A stretch of DNA of 64,000 bases from an uncultured Planctomycetota bacterium (GCA_963737655.1 CAVTTN010000002.1:4448001-4512000); one strand, 5' to 3'; positions 18,246 to 31,366 are shown, counted from the stretch's first letter. The notes: generated from the letters alone by a model not told the origin. A program made the numbers and translations.

Positions 18246-19427
18246 ATGGACGCCCAGTTGCGATTGCGTCGCTACCGAGAGCTCCAGGCGTATGTCGGCT
18301 GGTCCGACGCCGACGCCTCCCGGGTCGCCTCGCTGGCGACGGCCGTCGAGCCGAGGCTGCCGGCCCTGATCGACGACTTCTACGAGGCGATCCTTCGCCA
18401 CGAAGGTGCCCGAAAAGTCCTCACCGGAGGCGCCCCCCAGGTCGAGAGGCTCAAGGGGACGCTCCGGAGGTGGGTCCGCGAGCTCCTGGCCGGTCGGTAC
18501 GATTCGGAGTACGTCGAGGGGCGATGGCGGGTCGGCTGGCGTCACGTGGAGATCGGCCTCGATCAGGTCTATACCAACGTGGCCCTGTCGCGACTCCGGG
18601 CCGGCCTGGCGAGGGCCGCCGAGGAAGGCTGGACCGGCCCGCGAGAGGCCCTCCCGGACGCCCTCCTCTCGCTCGACACCCTGCTGGACCTGGACCTCGC
18701 CATCGTCGAGGACGCCTACCAGGCCGAGTATTCCGCCCGGCTCCAGAGGACCGAGAGGCTCGCCACGCTCGGCCAGGTCGCCGGGGGCGTCGCCCACGAA
18801 TTGCGCAATCCCTTGAATGTGATCAAGACATCCGCGTATTTCCTGCTGAATGCGCGAGCCGCCTCGGCCGAGAAGTCGGCCGAGCACCTCCGGCGGATCG
18901 AGAGGAACGTGGACCTGGCCGACGGCGTGATCCAGTCGCTGTCCAGCTTCGCCAGGATGCCCGCGCCGGGCCTGGGCCGCGTCCCCCTGGATGCCTGCCT
19001 GCGAGAGGCTTTGGAGCTGAACCCCCCGGGCGATTCGGTCGCCGTGGCCCTGGACTGCCCGGAGTCCTTGCCGGCGGCCGTGGGCGACGTGGACGGCCTC
19101 CGGATCGTCTTCGGCAACCTGATCCGCAACGCCGGGGACGCCATGCCCGGAGGCGGCCGCCTGGCGATCTCCGCCTCGGCCGGCGACGGGCGGATCGAGG
19201 TCCGGGTCGTCGATTCGGGCGTGGGCATCCCGCCCGAGGCGCTGGCCCGGGTCACCGAACCCCTGTTCTCGACCAAGGCCCGCGGGCTCGGCCTGGGCCT
19301 GGCGATCGTCCGGTCGATCCTGGAGCGGATCGGCGGCCGGCTGGACGTCCGGAGCCGGCCGGGCGAGGGAAGCACGTTCACCGTGAGCCTCGTGTCCGCA
19401 CCGATCGATCGGGAGATCGGTCCATGA
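18246..19427 (+). CDS. Globin-coupled (protoglobin) sensor histidine kinase
   Basis: IDDFYEAI...RLKGTL..W...GRYDSEY...RVGWRHVEIGL globin pattern, then ERLATLGQVAGGVAHELRNPL and HATPase boxes. Confidence 0.9.
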   Translation: MDAQLRLRRYRELQAYVGWSDADASRVASLATAVEPRLPALIDDFYEAILRHEGARKVLTGGAPQVERLKGTLRRWVRELLAGRYDSEYVEGRWRVGWRHVEIGLDQVYTNVALSRLRAGLARAAEEGWTGPREALPDALLSLDTLLDLDLAIVEDAYQAEYSARLQRTERLATLGQVAGGVAHELRNPLNVIKTSAYFLLNARAASAEKSAEHLRRIERNVDLADGVIQSLSSFARMPAPGLGRVPLDACLREALELNPPGDSVAVALDCPESLPAAVGDVDGLRIVFGNLIRNAGDAMPGGGRLAISASAGDGRIEVRVVDSGVGIPPEALARVTEPLFSTKARGLGLGLAIVRSILERIGGRLDVRSRPGEGSTFTVSLVSAPIDREIGP

Positions 19428-21262
19428 GCGCGCCGGCACCCCTGGAAATCCTGGTCGTCGAGGACGACGCCGACGCCTCGGCCAACGTCCGCGACATCCT
19501 CGAGCTCGACGGCCACCGGGTCCGATCGGCCGCGACGGCCGCCGAGGCGCTGTCGCATCCGGCGCTCGCCGAATTCGCCGCGATCGTGCTCGACCGCAAG
19601 CTGCCCGACGCCACGGCCGAGACGCTCCTGCCCGCGCTCCGGTCCGCGGCGCCGGGGGCGGCGATCGTCGTGGTGACCGGCTTCGCGGACCTCCACGGGG
19701 CCATCGCCGCGCTCCGCCAGGGGGCGGCCGACTACATCCTCAAGCCGATCGACGCGGGGGAGCTGCGGGCCCGGATCGGCCGGGTCGCGGAGGTCCGCCG
19801 GGCCGAGGAGGCGAGGCGGGCCGCCGAGCGCCGCTATCGGATCCTCGTCCAGAATTCGGCCGATATCATCACCGCCTTCGACGTCCACGGCACGGTCTTA
19901 TATCAGGGCCCGTCGGTCGAGCGCGTCCTGGGCCGGGGCGTGGAGGCCCGCGTCGGCGAGAACATCCTCGACGACCCGATCGTCCACCCCGACGACCTGC
20001 CCGCCAAGCGCGCCTTCCTCGACGACGCCCGGAATCGCCCCGGAGAGACCGTCACCGCCACGTTCCGCCTGCGACACGCCGACGGCTCGTATCGCGAGAT
20101 CGAGGCCTCGGGCACCAACCTCCTGGATGACCCGGAGGTCGGCGCGATCACCGCCAGCTACCGGGACATCACGGCGAGGAAACGGGCCGAGGACGCGCTC
20201 AGGCAGTCCGAGGAGCGGTTCCGAGGGCTGGTCGAGGCGGCCGAGTGCCTGATCGTGATGCTCCGGCCCGACCGTTCGATCGCCTACCTGAGCCCGTTCG
20301 CCGAGAGGCTGACGGGCCGGCCGGCGTCGGAGGCCCTGGGGCGGGACTTCCTCGGCCTGTTCGTGCCCGAGGCGGACCGCCCGGCGGCCTCCCTCGAGCT
20401 GGGCCGGGCCCTGGAGGGCAAGCCGACTCCCGGGTTCCAGAACGCCATCCTCTGCCGGGACGGGACCCGCCGATGGGTGGCCTGGAACAGCCGGGCCCTG
20501 CCCGATTTCGAGGGCGGGCCGGCCCTCCTGCAGGTCGGCCAGGACATCACCCACCTCAAGACGGCCCAGGACCGCGCGTTGCAGGCCGAGAGGCTCGCCG
20601 CCATCGGCCAGATGGTCGCCGGGCTCGCCCACGAGAGCCGCAACGCCCTGCAACGGGCCCAGGCCTGCCTGGAGATGCTCGCCCGGCACGCCCGCGGCCG
20701 CGCCGAGGAACTCGACCTGATCGACCGCATCCAGAAGGCCCAGGACCACCTCCACCACCTCTTCGAGGACGTCCGCGGCTACGCCGCCCCGATCCTCCTG
20801 GACCGCCGGGTTTGCGACCCGGCCGACTCCTGGAGGGAAGCCTGGGCCGACCTGGAAGGGCCGAGGCGAGGCCGGGACGCCCGGCTCGTCGAGCACCTCG
20901 GCGAGGCCGACCGGCGATGCCTGGCCGACGCCTTCCGGCTCAAGCTGGTCTTCGCCAACATCCTGGACAACGCCCTGGCCTCGCGACCCGGGGCCGTCGA
21001 GGTCCTCGTCTCGTCCGAGGCCGACGAGGTCGACGGCCGGCCCGCCCTCCGCCTCTCGTTTCGCGACGACGGACCCGGGCTCGATCCCGAGGCCCGCCGG
21101 CGCATCTTCGACCCGTTCTTCACCACCAAGACCAAGGGGACCGGCCTGGGCATGGCCATCGCCCGGAGGATCGTCGAGGCCCACGGCGGCCGGATCTCCG
21201 TCGGCGAGGGCGACGCCCCGGGCGCCGAGGTCCTCGTCACCCTGCCGCGAGGCGGACCATGA
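19424..21262 (+). CDS. Hybrid REC-PAS-PAS histidine kinase
   Basis: ILVVEDD receiver, two PAS/PAC domains, LAHESRNAL, FDPFFTTKTKGTGLGMAI; ATGA overlap. Confidence 0.93.
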   Translation: MSAPAPLEILVVEDDADASANVRDILELDGHRVRSAATAAEALSHPALAEFAAIVLDRKLPDATAETLLPALRSAAPGAAIVVVTGFADLHGAIAALRQGAADYILKPIDAGELRARIGRVAEVRRAEEARRAAERRYRILVQNSADIITAFDVHGTVLYQGPSVERVLGRGVEARVGENILDDPIVHPDDLPAKRAFLDDARNRPGETVTATFRLRHADGSYREIEASGTNLLDDPEVGAITASYRDITARKRAEDALRQSEERFRGLVEAAECLIVMLRPDRSIAYLSPFAERLTGRPASEALGRDFLGLFVPEADRPAASLELGRALEGKPTPGFQNAILCRDGTRRWVAWNSRALPDFEGGPALLQVGQDITHLKTAQDRALQAERLAAIGQMVAGLAHESRNALQRAQACLEMLARHARGRAEELDLIDRIQKAQDHLHHLFEDVRGYAAPILLDRRVCDPADSWREAWADLEGPRRGRDARLVEHLGEADRRCLADAFRLKLVFANILDNALASRPGAVEVLVSSEADEVDGRPALRLSFRDDGPGLDPEARRRIFDPFFTTKTKGTGLGMAIARRIVEAHGGRISVGEGDAPGAEVLVTLPRGGP

Positions 21263-21858
21263 GCCGATCCCTGCGAATCGCCGTCGCCGACGACGAGCCC
21301 GACATGAGGGACTATTTCCGCACCATCCTGCCCGAGCTCGGGCACCTGGTCGTCGCCTCCGCTGCTACCGGCCGGGAGCTCGTCGCGGCCTGCCTCGCCG
21401 AGAAGCCCGACCTGGTCATCACCGACATCAAGATGCCCGACATGGACGGCATCGACGCCGCCTCGCGGATCGGCCGGGACAACCCCGTCCCCGTGATCCT
21501 CGTCTCCGCCTACCACGACGCCGAGTTCATCCGCCGGGCCGAGGCCGACCACGTCCTGGCCTATCTCGTCAAGCCGATCAAGGGCGCCGACCTCGAACCG
21601 GCCATCGCCATCGCCATGAGGCGGTTCGAGCAGTTCCAGGAGATGAGGCGCGAGGCCCACGACCTCAAGCAGGCCCTGGAAGACCGCAAGACGATCGAGA
21701 AGGCCAAGGGCCTGCTCATGAAGAAGGCCGGCCTGGACGAGGCCGACGCCTTCCGCCGGCTCCAGAGGCTCGCCAGCGACAAGAACCTCAAGCTCGTCGC
21801 CGTCGCCCAGATGATCCTGACCGCCGAGGAAGCCTTCGGCCCCTCCGGCCGGCCCTGA
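21259..21858 (+). CDS. ANTAR-domain response regulator (AmiR/NasT/PdtaR type)
   Basis: IAVADDE...DIKMP receiver plus LEDRKTIEKAKGLLM...EADAFRRLQRLASDKN. Confidence 0.95.
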   Translation: MSRSLRIAVADDEPDMRDYFRTILPELGHLVVASAATGRELVAACLAEKPDLVITDIKMPDMDGIDAASRIGRDNPVPVILVSAYHDAEFIRRAEADHVLAYLVKPIKGADLEPAIAIAMRRFEQFQEMRREAHDLKQALEDRKTIEKAKGLLMKKAGLDEADAFRRLQRLASDKNLKLVAVAQMILTAEEAFGPSGRP

Positions 21859-21894
21859 TCCCGGCGCAAGCCGATCGGCCCCTCCGGCAAACAG

Positions 21895-21981
21895 CGGGTG
21901 GCATGCCTGCGTCTTCGTAGGCATGTCTTCGTCTCATGTTCGATCGAAGACATGCCTACGAAGACGCAGGCATGCCACCCG
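21895..21981. repeat. GTGG-type REP doublet (inverted pair), family A
   Basis: gggtggcatgcctgcgtcttcgtaggcatgtcttc, spacer, then the exact reverse complement. Confidence 0.9.
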
Positions 21982-22002
21982 AATTTACATGCGCAATCGT
22001 GG

Positions 22003-25000
22003 TCACTTCGGTGTGTCCTTGCGGAGATCGAGCATCGCGCGGCCCAGGGCGTCGCCGACGAGGAGGTAGGTCTCGGCGTTGCCGAACTCGTGGTGGCCGT
22101 GGCCCGGATTGGGCGAGTCCTCCGGCTTGCGGACGAAGTCGCGGGTCTCCACGAACGCCACGTTCCCCCGGAATTCCGGGCGTTTGGCCGCGGCGGCCTG
22201 CGCCTTTCGGAGCGCCGCCCACTCGCCGGGCGCCTCGACCCACGGGCCCGTCAATTCGCCGATCACCACCGGGAGGCCCGGGGCCTTCAGGTCTCGGCGG
22301 ACGTCGCGGATCAGGTTCGCGAGGTTCTGCTCGTATTCCGGGATCGCGTGCTTCGGATCGACCCCGTCGTTCCAGCCCTGATACCAGACGAACCCCGCGA
22401 GCTCGTACCCTTGCCCTTGATAGGCGGGGAAATCCTCCTTCAGATGGGCGAGGGCCTCTCGCACGTCCGCGAGCATTTTTTCATAGTACGGCCCCACCGT
22501 CCCGCCCGAGCTCGGCGGGCGGAAGTCGGCGAAGAGGCTCTTGCCGCCCCAGGCGGCCTTGATCAGCAGGACCGGCCCGGGGATCGCGTCCCCGACGACC
22601 CGGCCGAACCCGAGCTCGGGGCCGAAGTGGTGGGGGTCGCCATAGACGCTGAAGCCCATCCCCAGGGGGCCGGCGAGCAACGGGCCGTGCTCCCGTCGGT
22701 AGCGAACCCAGACGTCGTCGCGGGTCTTCCAGCCGCCCTGGCCGTCCTTCAGGGGGGCGACCAGGGCGGCCGTCCTCGGGTCGCGACTCAGGGCGAGGAG
22801 CGTCCCCTTGCCGTCGTTGTAGTCCTTGCCGGCCAGGTCCACCACGGCCTGCCCCTCCATGTTCGATTGCCCGGCGAGGACGAACACCTTCACGGGCTTC
22901 GCCGGGGCCTGGTCGGCGAACGCGTGGATCGTGTTGTTCAGAGTCCCGACGATCGCCCGGCCGTCGGCCCCCTTCAGGCGATAGGCGATCTCCATCCCCC
23001 GGGTCGGCGCCAGGTCGTGGAAATCGAGGCGGACGGTCTTGCCGTCGTCCTGGAGGGTGGCTTTCGAGACCGGGACGGCCCTCTCGTTCAGGTGGGGCGA
23101 GCCGTAATCGCGGCTCCTCCGCAGGCCCCAGACCTTCACGGCGAAATGGCCGGGATCGGCCGCGCTGGATGGGTCGATCGCGTCGGTGAAGCGGATCTCG
23201 ACGCCTCCGGCCCGGGCCTTCAGGCCGATCGGCAGGTCGGCCGGCTTGCCGGTGTATCGGACCCGGTACAGCCCGCCGGGCTTGGTCTGATTGCCCGCCC
23301 AGGCGAACATCCCGCAGGCGTAAAGCTGGCCGTCGGTCGGGTGGAACCGGCCCCTCATCACGCCCGTCGGGAACTCGGGGATCGGCAGCGGGCAGACTCC
23401 GCCCTGCGCCTGCCCATCAACCTTCTCGTAAGGCACCACATAGATCTTGCCCTGACCATAAGAAAGGTTGAGCAGCGACCCCTTCAGCGGCCCCCACGCC
23501 TCGCTCGTGACCCACACGAGCTCGGCCGGAGACCGATCGACGGCGTTGGTGATCCAGCACAGCGGCTGTTTCATGGCCGAATCGGACGGGTCGGTGATCT
23601 CGGTGAAGCCCCAGAGGTTGCCGTAAAACCCGCCCTTCTCGACCAGGTTGATCCGGTTCTTCGGGGTCCAGAAGCCTTCCTGATCGGTGACGAAGAACGT
23701 GCCGTCGGGGTTCAGGCACACGCCGTTGGCCGCGCGGAAGCCGGTGGCGAGGATCTCGGTCGATCCGCCGTCGCGGCCTACCTTCAGCAACGTCCCGTGA
23801 TGGGGGACGACGGCGGGCAACCCGTGCCGGCCGCTCTTGGCGTAGTAGAAATTCCCGTCGGGGTCGGCCTGCAACCCCATCGCGAACTCGTGGAAGTGCT
23901 CGGTGACCTGATGGTCGTTGTTCACGCAATCATAGAAGTCGGTCTCGCCGTCGCCGTTGAGGTCGCGGAGCCGGACGATCTGGTCCCGGCAGCAGACGAA
24001 GATCTCGCCGTCGCGGAGCTTCAGGCCCAGGGGCTGGAAGAGTCCGGCGGCGATCCGCGACCAGGACAGCCCGAGCTCGGGCCGATCGAACCCGGAGACC
24101 TTCCAGACGTCGCCGTCCCACGAGCAAATCGCGGCGGACTTGCCGTCGGGGAAGAAGTCGAACCCGGTCAGGCGGACCTGAGCGTTCCATGGGTTCGGCT
24201 CGGGCAGGGCGAACGTGTCGACGGCGAACGGGCCGTCGTCCTTGCCGAGGGAGACGGCCGTTTTCAGGGATTGCGGCCATCGCCTCGGGCCTCCGAGGGT
24301 CAAGGGGGCCAGGGGCTTCGGCGGAGGAGAGGTCCGGGCCAGGGCGTCGAGCGACCCGGTTTCCCCCTCGGCCATCAACAGCTTCACGAGAGTCGGCGAG
24401 GTGCTGGCGGGGACCTTCAACACCGTGAAATCGGCCCGATGGACGAGCTCCGCCCCGCGACCGACCAGCGCGACGGCCTCTCCCGGAGGCGCGATCCGGG
24501 CCAGGAGCTCCCGGGGCGTCGGGCCGATTTCCAGGGTCCGCGAGAAGACCACGCGATCGGCCGGGCCCGCCTCGGCCCCGAACGATTCGAGGACCTCGGC
24601 CGATCCGACGGTGGACGAGACGATCGTCTGATCGCCGAAGTGGTACAGCCCTCGATAGCGGGCCCACGGCCGGGGCAACGGGCCGTAGCGGCGGCCGTCC
24701 CGGCCGATCAGGCGAGGGTCGTCGAACCGGCCGGTCTCGGGATCGGCCCAGCCCGGCCCCGGGGGATTGGCGAGATCGACCCGCCCGACGAGCGTCGGGT
24801 GGGCCTGGTGCTGGCCGTTGAAGTGGATGCCGTGCCAGTCGATGAACCCCCGCCCGGACCACGCCGCCGCGAGCCTCATCGTGTCGTGGTCGAACAGGGC
24901 CCAGCGGTCGCCTCTTGAGACGCCGCCCGGACCGGCGTCGAGCCGGATCGCGATCCCCTTGTACGCGAAGTTCGGCCCGGGGCCGCCCACCTCATAGGTG

Positions 25001-26063
25001 TTCATGAGGCTCGGGCCATAGTCCATCGCCACCCACGGCTCCTGATTCACCGGGGCCGGCCCGAGGCTCGTCCCCCGGGGCAGCCCGTCGAGATAGGCGC
25101 GATCGACCTTCGCGTATTGCGACGGATTCTCCGCCTTCAAATAGGTTTCGCGGAGATAATGGATCACGTCGTACTTCTGCCGGGGGACCATCCACGTCTG
25201 CGGGGCCATCTGGCCGTAGCCTCGCGTCAGGGTCTGATAGAGGCTGAACGGGTCGGAGCCGTTCTTGAACCGGTCGGTCGCGAACCTCAGGGAGCTGGGC
25301 ATCGAGCCCGGCCCGGCCTTCGTCCCGTGGCAGTTGGCGCAACTCGGGTGAAGATCGCCTCCCCTCGGCGGAGCGCGGAGTCGTCCAGGGAGCCGATCAG
25401 GCGGGCGTGGTCGATGGTCGCCTCGTACTCGGCGATCGTCGGCAGGGCCCGCGAGGGGCGGAGCTCGGCCTCTCGCGTCGGGCCGTGCTCGGCGATCTCG
25501 ATCAGGTATTTCGCCAGGTCGAGGAACTGCTGACGGTCCGAGAGGAGGTTGGCGAGGCCGTCGGGCATCGCCGATCGTTCGGCGGTCGCTCGCGTCTCGA
25601 TCTCGTCGGCGGCGAAGACGACCCTGCGCCCGCCGGCCGAGGGGTCGAGCAGGGTGATCCGGCCGTCCTTCTCCTCGATCGATCGACCCGAGAACGTCCG
25701 GCCGTCTTTCAGGGCGATCACGACGGTCTCGTACCCCTTGCGGATCACCTTCGAGGGCATGAGGACCGCCTCGATCCGCGATTCGGCCGTCGCCTCCGGG
25801 CCGGGGCGTGCCAGGTCGGGGCCGAGCGAGTCGCCGGAGGGGCCGTCGTGGCACCGGGAGCACTGGAGGAACGGCTGGAAGAACAGGACCGCCCCCCGGG
25901 CGGCGTCGCCGGCCTCCCGCGCCGATTTCGCGAGGTTGGCGACGCCCTCGCCCTGGAGCGATTCGGCCAGGGAGGGCGCCGGGTCCGCCGCGACGGCCGG
26001 GCTGGCGGCGAAGGCCCAGAGGACGAGGCCGATCGCGATCCGTGGAGGTCCGAGGAAGATCAT
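22003..26063 (-). CDS. Cytochrome c / DUF6797 / beta-propeller protein fused to a C-terminal sialate O-acetylesterase (SASA) domain; frameshift near 25341
   Basis: Signal peptide, CSRCH and CANCH heme motifs (the second restored by one extra T in GTT-TGC), MDYGPSL, YKGIAIRL, and VFVLAGQSNM...FGPELGFG...FVWYQGWND esterase motifs. Confidence 0.85.
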
Positions 26064-28339
26064 CGGGGAGCGGTCCCTGGGAGGTCCGGCCGGGCGGCGG
26101 CGGGGAGGTTTTCTTCGAAGTATCGCGTGATCAGGTTGTAGAGATGCCTGGACGTGTTCTCGCCCTCGAAGATCCCGTGCGAGCGGTTGGGATAGGCCAT
26201 CAGGCGGAAGTCCTTGTCCGCTGCGACGAGCCGATCGACGAGCCTCTCGCAGCTCTGGTAATGGCAATTGTCGTCGCCCGTGCCGTGGATCAGGAGGAGC
26301 TTGCCTTGGAGCCGGCCGGCGAACGTGATCGGCGAGCCGTCCCGGTAGCCGTCCGGGTTGTCGGCCGGCAGGCCCATGTACCGCTCCTGATAGATCGTGT
26401 CGTAGAGCCTCTGATCGCTGATGAAGGCGATGGCGACGGCCGTCCGGTACAGCTCGGGGTAGCGGAAGATGGCGTTGAGGCTCATCGACCCCCCGCCGCT
26501 CCAGCCCCAGATCCCCACGCGGCCGGGATCGACGAACGGCCAGCGTTTCTCCAGGGCCTTCAGGGCATCGGCCTGGTCCTTCGAGGCGAGGATGCCGATC
26601 TGTCGATAGATGCTCTTCCGCCACGCCCGGCCCCGAGGGGCGGGCGTCCCCCGGTTGTCGATGCTGACGACCACGTACCCCTTCTGGGCCATCATCCGGT
26701 GCCACAGGGCGTTCCGGCCTCCCCAGCGGTCCAAAACGGTCTGCCCGGCGGGCTCTCCGTAGACGTGGATCAGCAACGGATACTTCTTCGAGGGGTCGAA
26801 ATCGGGAGGGCGGATCGCCCAGGCGTCGAGCTCGACGCCCTCGCCGATGTCGATCCGAAAGAACTCGGTCGGGGTCGCCCGGAGCGAGGCGAGCCGGTCC
26901 TTTGCCTTCGCGTTGTCGGCGAACGTCCGGGAGACCCGGTGGTCGGGCAGCGAGACCAGGTCGATGATCGGCGGAGAATCGAAGGTGGAAAACGTGTGGA
27001 TCGCCCAGAGGCCATCGGGCGAGACCTGGTACTCGTGGGTGCCCGGCTGGTCGGCCGGGGTCAGCCGGACGGCCGGCTTCGAGCCGTCCAGGGCGCCTCG
27101 AAACAGGTAGCGGCGAGTGGGGTCGTCGGGCGAGGCCACGAAGTCGATCTCGTTGCGACGATCGTCCACGCGGAGGACGTCCACCACGTCATACTCGCCG
27201 GGCGTGACGAGCTTCGGCTCGCCTCCGTCGCGAGGGATCGTGAACACATGACGCCAGCCGTCCCGCTCGCTGACCCAGGTGAACGCCTTGCCGCCGTCGA
27301 GCCAGTGGAGGTCCTCGACGACGTCGAGCCAGGCGGCGTCGCGATCGGTGAAAACGACCCGGGCCCGGCCGGTTTCAGCCTCGGCCAGGGTCACCTCGTT
27401 GGTGTTCTGGAGCCGGTTGAGCCTCTGGAGGACGAGTTCCTTCGAGCTCGCCGCCCAGTCCATCCGGGGAACGTAAAAGTCGCGAGAATCGCCGGGCAGA
27501 TCGACCCATCGGGTCGGCCCTCCGGTCGCCGACACCACCCCGACCCGGCACGACGGGTTCGTCTGACCGACCTTGGGATAGGGGATCGAGGTCGCTTTCG
27601 GGTAAAGGTCGGCGGTCGTGTTCACCAGCACATAATCCTTCACCCCGTCGTCGTCGACCTGCCAGAAGGCGATCCGGAGGCCGTCGGGGCTCCAGCGGAA
27701 GCCGTCTCGGAGCGAGAATTCCTCCTCGTAGACCCAATCGGTCGTGCCGTTGAACCGTCGGGCGGAGCCGTCGGCGGTCAATCGCGTGATCTTGTGATCG
27801 GCGAGGTCCTCGACGTAGAGGTCATTGGCGAGGACGTAGGCGACGCGCCGGGCGTCGGGCGAGAGCTTGGCGAACATCAGGGACGATTCGGGCGCGTCGC
27901 CCCCGAGGCGGGTCAGGGCATGAGACGGGCGGTCGAGCACCCAGTAATCGCCCCGGGTGTCCTGCCTCCAGACGCGCCTGGTGCTGGTGAAGATCAGCAG
28001 GGTCCGGCCATCGGGGGTCAGCGAATACTCGGCGATCCCCAGGGGCCCCGAGGCTCCGGTCGGGGTCAGCTCCGGCGCGGAGGCGAGGATCTCGCGGGCC
28101 CCGGTCGCGGGATTGTACAGGACCAGGTCCCGGCCCTTGCCGGAGGCCGAGGGTTCGAGGGTGGTATAGCCCGAGCCATCCTCCCGCCATCGGGCGGGCC
28201 CGAACCCCTCGGTGTGGAAGTCGTCGCCGAGGATGATCCGATCCACCGTCAGGATCGAGGGATCGGCGTCCTGAGCCAGGCCGATCGCGACGGTGCCCAG
28301 GATCAGGAACGCAGCCAGGCCGATCTGTCGATGCCTCAT
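26060..28339 (-). CDS. S9B dipeptidyl peptidase IV-family protein
   Basis: DWVYEEEF, WSPDG, YPKVG, GIWGWSGGG nucleophile, IHGTGDDNCH; signal peptide. Confidence 0.95.
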   Translation of the reverse strand: MRHRQIGLAAFLILGTVAIGLAQDADPSILTVDRIILGDDFHTEGFGPARWREDGSGYTTLEPSASGKGRDLVLYNPATGAREILASAPELTPTGASGPLGIAEYSLTPDGRTLLIFTSTRRVWRQDTRGDYWVLDRPSHALTRLGGDAPESSLMFAKLSPDARRVAYVLANDLYVEDLADHKITRLTADGSARRFNGTTDWVYEEEFSLRDGFRWSPDGLRIAFWQVDDDGVKDYVLVNTTADLYPKATSIPYPKVGQTNPSCRVGVVSATGGPTRWVDLPGDSRDFYVPRMDWAASSKELVLQRLNRLQNTNEVTLAEAETGRARVVFTDRDAAWLDVVEDLHWLDGGKAFTWVSERDGWRHVFTIPRDGGEPKLVTPGEYDVVDVLRVDDRRNEIDFVASPDDPTRRYLFRGALDGSKPAVRLTPADQPGTHEYQVSPDGLWAIHTFSTFDSPPIIDLVSLPDHRVSRTFADNAKAKDRLASLRATPTEFFRIDIGEGVELDAWAIRPPDFDPSKKYPLLIHVYGEPAGQTVLDRWGGRNALWHRMMAQKGYVVVSIDNRGTPAPRGRAWRKSIYRQIGILASKDQADALKALEKRWPFVDPGRVGIWGWSGGGSMSLNAIFRYPELYRTAVAIAFISDQRLYDTIYQERYMGLPADNPDGYRDGSPITFAGRLQGKLLLIHGTGDDNCHYQSCERLVDRLVAADKDFRLMAYPNRSHGIFEGENTSRHLYNLITRYFEENLPAAARPDLPGTAPR

Positions 28340-28458
28340 CCAAGCCCTCCCGTCAAGCGTCTCGCCCCAACCGCCCGATTCGAACCGAACCGGGCCTCGG
28401 CGGCAAGGCCGTGACGGGGGGAAGGGAGGGCCGGGCCGAGAGGGGCGGGGCCGCGGCC

Positions 28459-28971
28459 TCAGGAGCGGTACTGTTCGTCGCTGACGGGCTCCAGCCAATC
28501 GACCACCTTGCCCTCAAGCTGCTCCTGGATGGCGATGTGGGTCATGGCGGCGGTGGGCGAGGCGCCGTGCCAGTGCTTCTCGCCCGGGGAGAACCAGACG
28601 ACGTCTCCGGGACGGACCTCCTCGACCGGGCCGCCCTCCTTCTGGACCCGTCCGCAGCCGGAGGTGATGATCAGGGTCTGGCCCAGGGGGTGGGTATGCC
28701 AGGCCGTCCTCGCCCCCGGCTCGAACGTGACGCTCGCGCCGGCCGCCCGGGCCGGGGCGTGGGGCGAAAACAGGCGGTCGATCCGCACCGTGCCGGTGAA
28801 CCACTCGGCCGGACCTCGGGCGGAGGCGACCGAGCCAACTCGCGTGATCTCCATGACCGTCTCCTCGATCGGGGTGAACGGGGCGAGAGCGTCCGAGGGG
28901 GCATCGCGGGCCGTCGTCGCGACGATCGCGGCGCCGGCGGTGTTCAGGAAAACGCGGCGGGAGACGGGCAT
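28459..28971 (-). CDS. Cupin-domain protein (QdoI-like), possible Tat signal; alternative start at 28854
   Basis: [20 protein letters not shown]...[10 protein letters not shown]-terminal SRRVFL. Confidence 0.88.
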   Translation of the reverse strand: MPVSRRVFLNTAGAAIVATTARDAPSDALAPFTPIEETVMEITRVGSVASARGPAEWFTGTVRIDRLFSPHAPARAAGASVTFEPGARTAWHTHPLGQTLIITSGCGRVQKEGGPVEEVRPGDVVWFSPGEKHWHGASPTAAMTHIAIQEQLEGKVVDWLEPVSDEQYRS

Positions 28972-29009
28972 GGGCATCCTCGACTCGGGAAAACCGGCGA
29001 TCCGCCGTC

Positions 29010-29273
29010 CTACGCGCATCCACACAGAATCCGGCGAGGCCGGGCCGGGCGAGGGGCCGACGACCCGACCTCTCGGCCGAGGTTGTCGAGCCAGGCCCCG
29101 ATCGGGCCCTCGCCCCGGTCGCCGAGGGCCGAGGCGAGGAGCCCGATCCGTCGGGAAATCCGCCGCCGGGCCGTCGCCGAGGGCGGGAGCGACCTCGCCT
29201 GATGGGCATCCCGGGCGAGGCGGCGGAGGGCCCGGGCGAACCGGGCCGGGTCGGTCAGGGTGGCGATTCCCAT
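29010..29273 (-). CDS. Small hypothetical protein
   Basis: Strong AAGGAGG RBS just after the aldo-keto reductase stop; same orientation as its neighbours. Confidence 0.55.
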   Translation of the reverse strand: MGIATLTDPARFARALRRLARDAHQARSLPPSATARRRISRRIGLLASALGDRGEGPIGAWLDNLGREVGSSAPRPARPRRILCGCA

Positions 29274-29291
29274 GATGTCCTCCTTCGAGGC

Positions 29292-31366
<2,075 letters not shown>

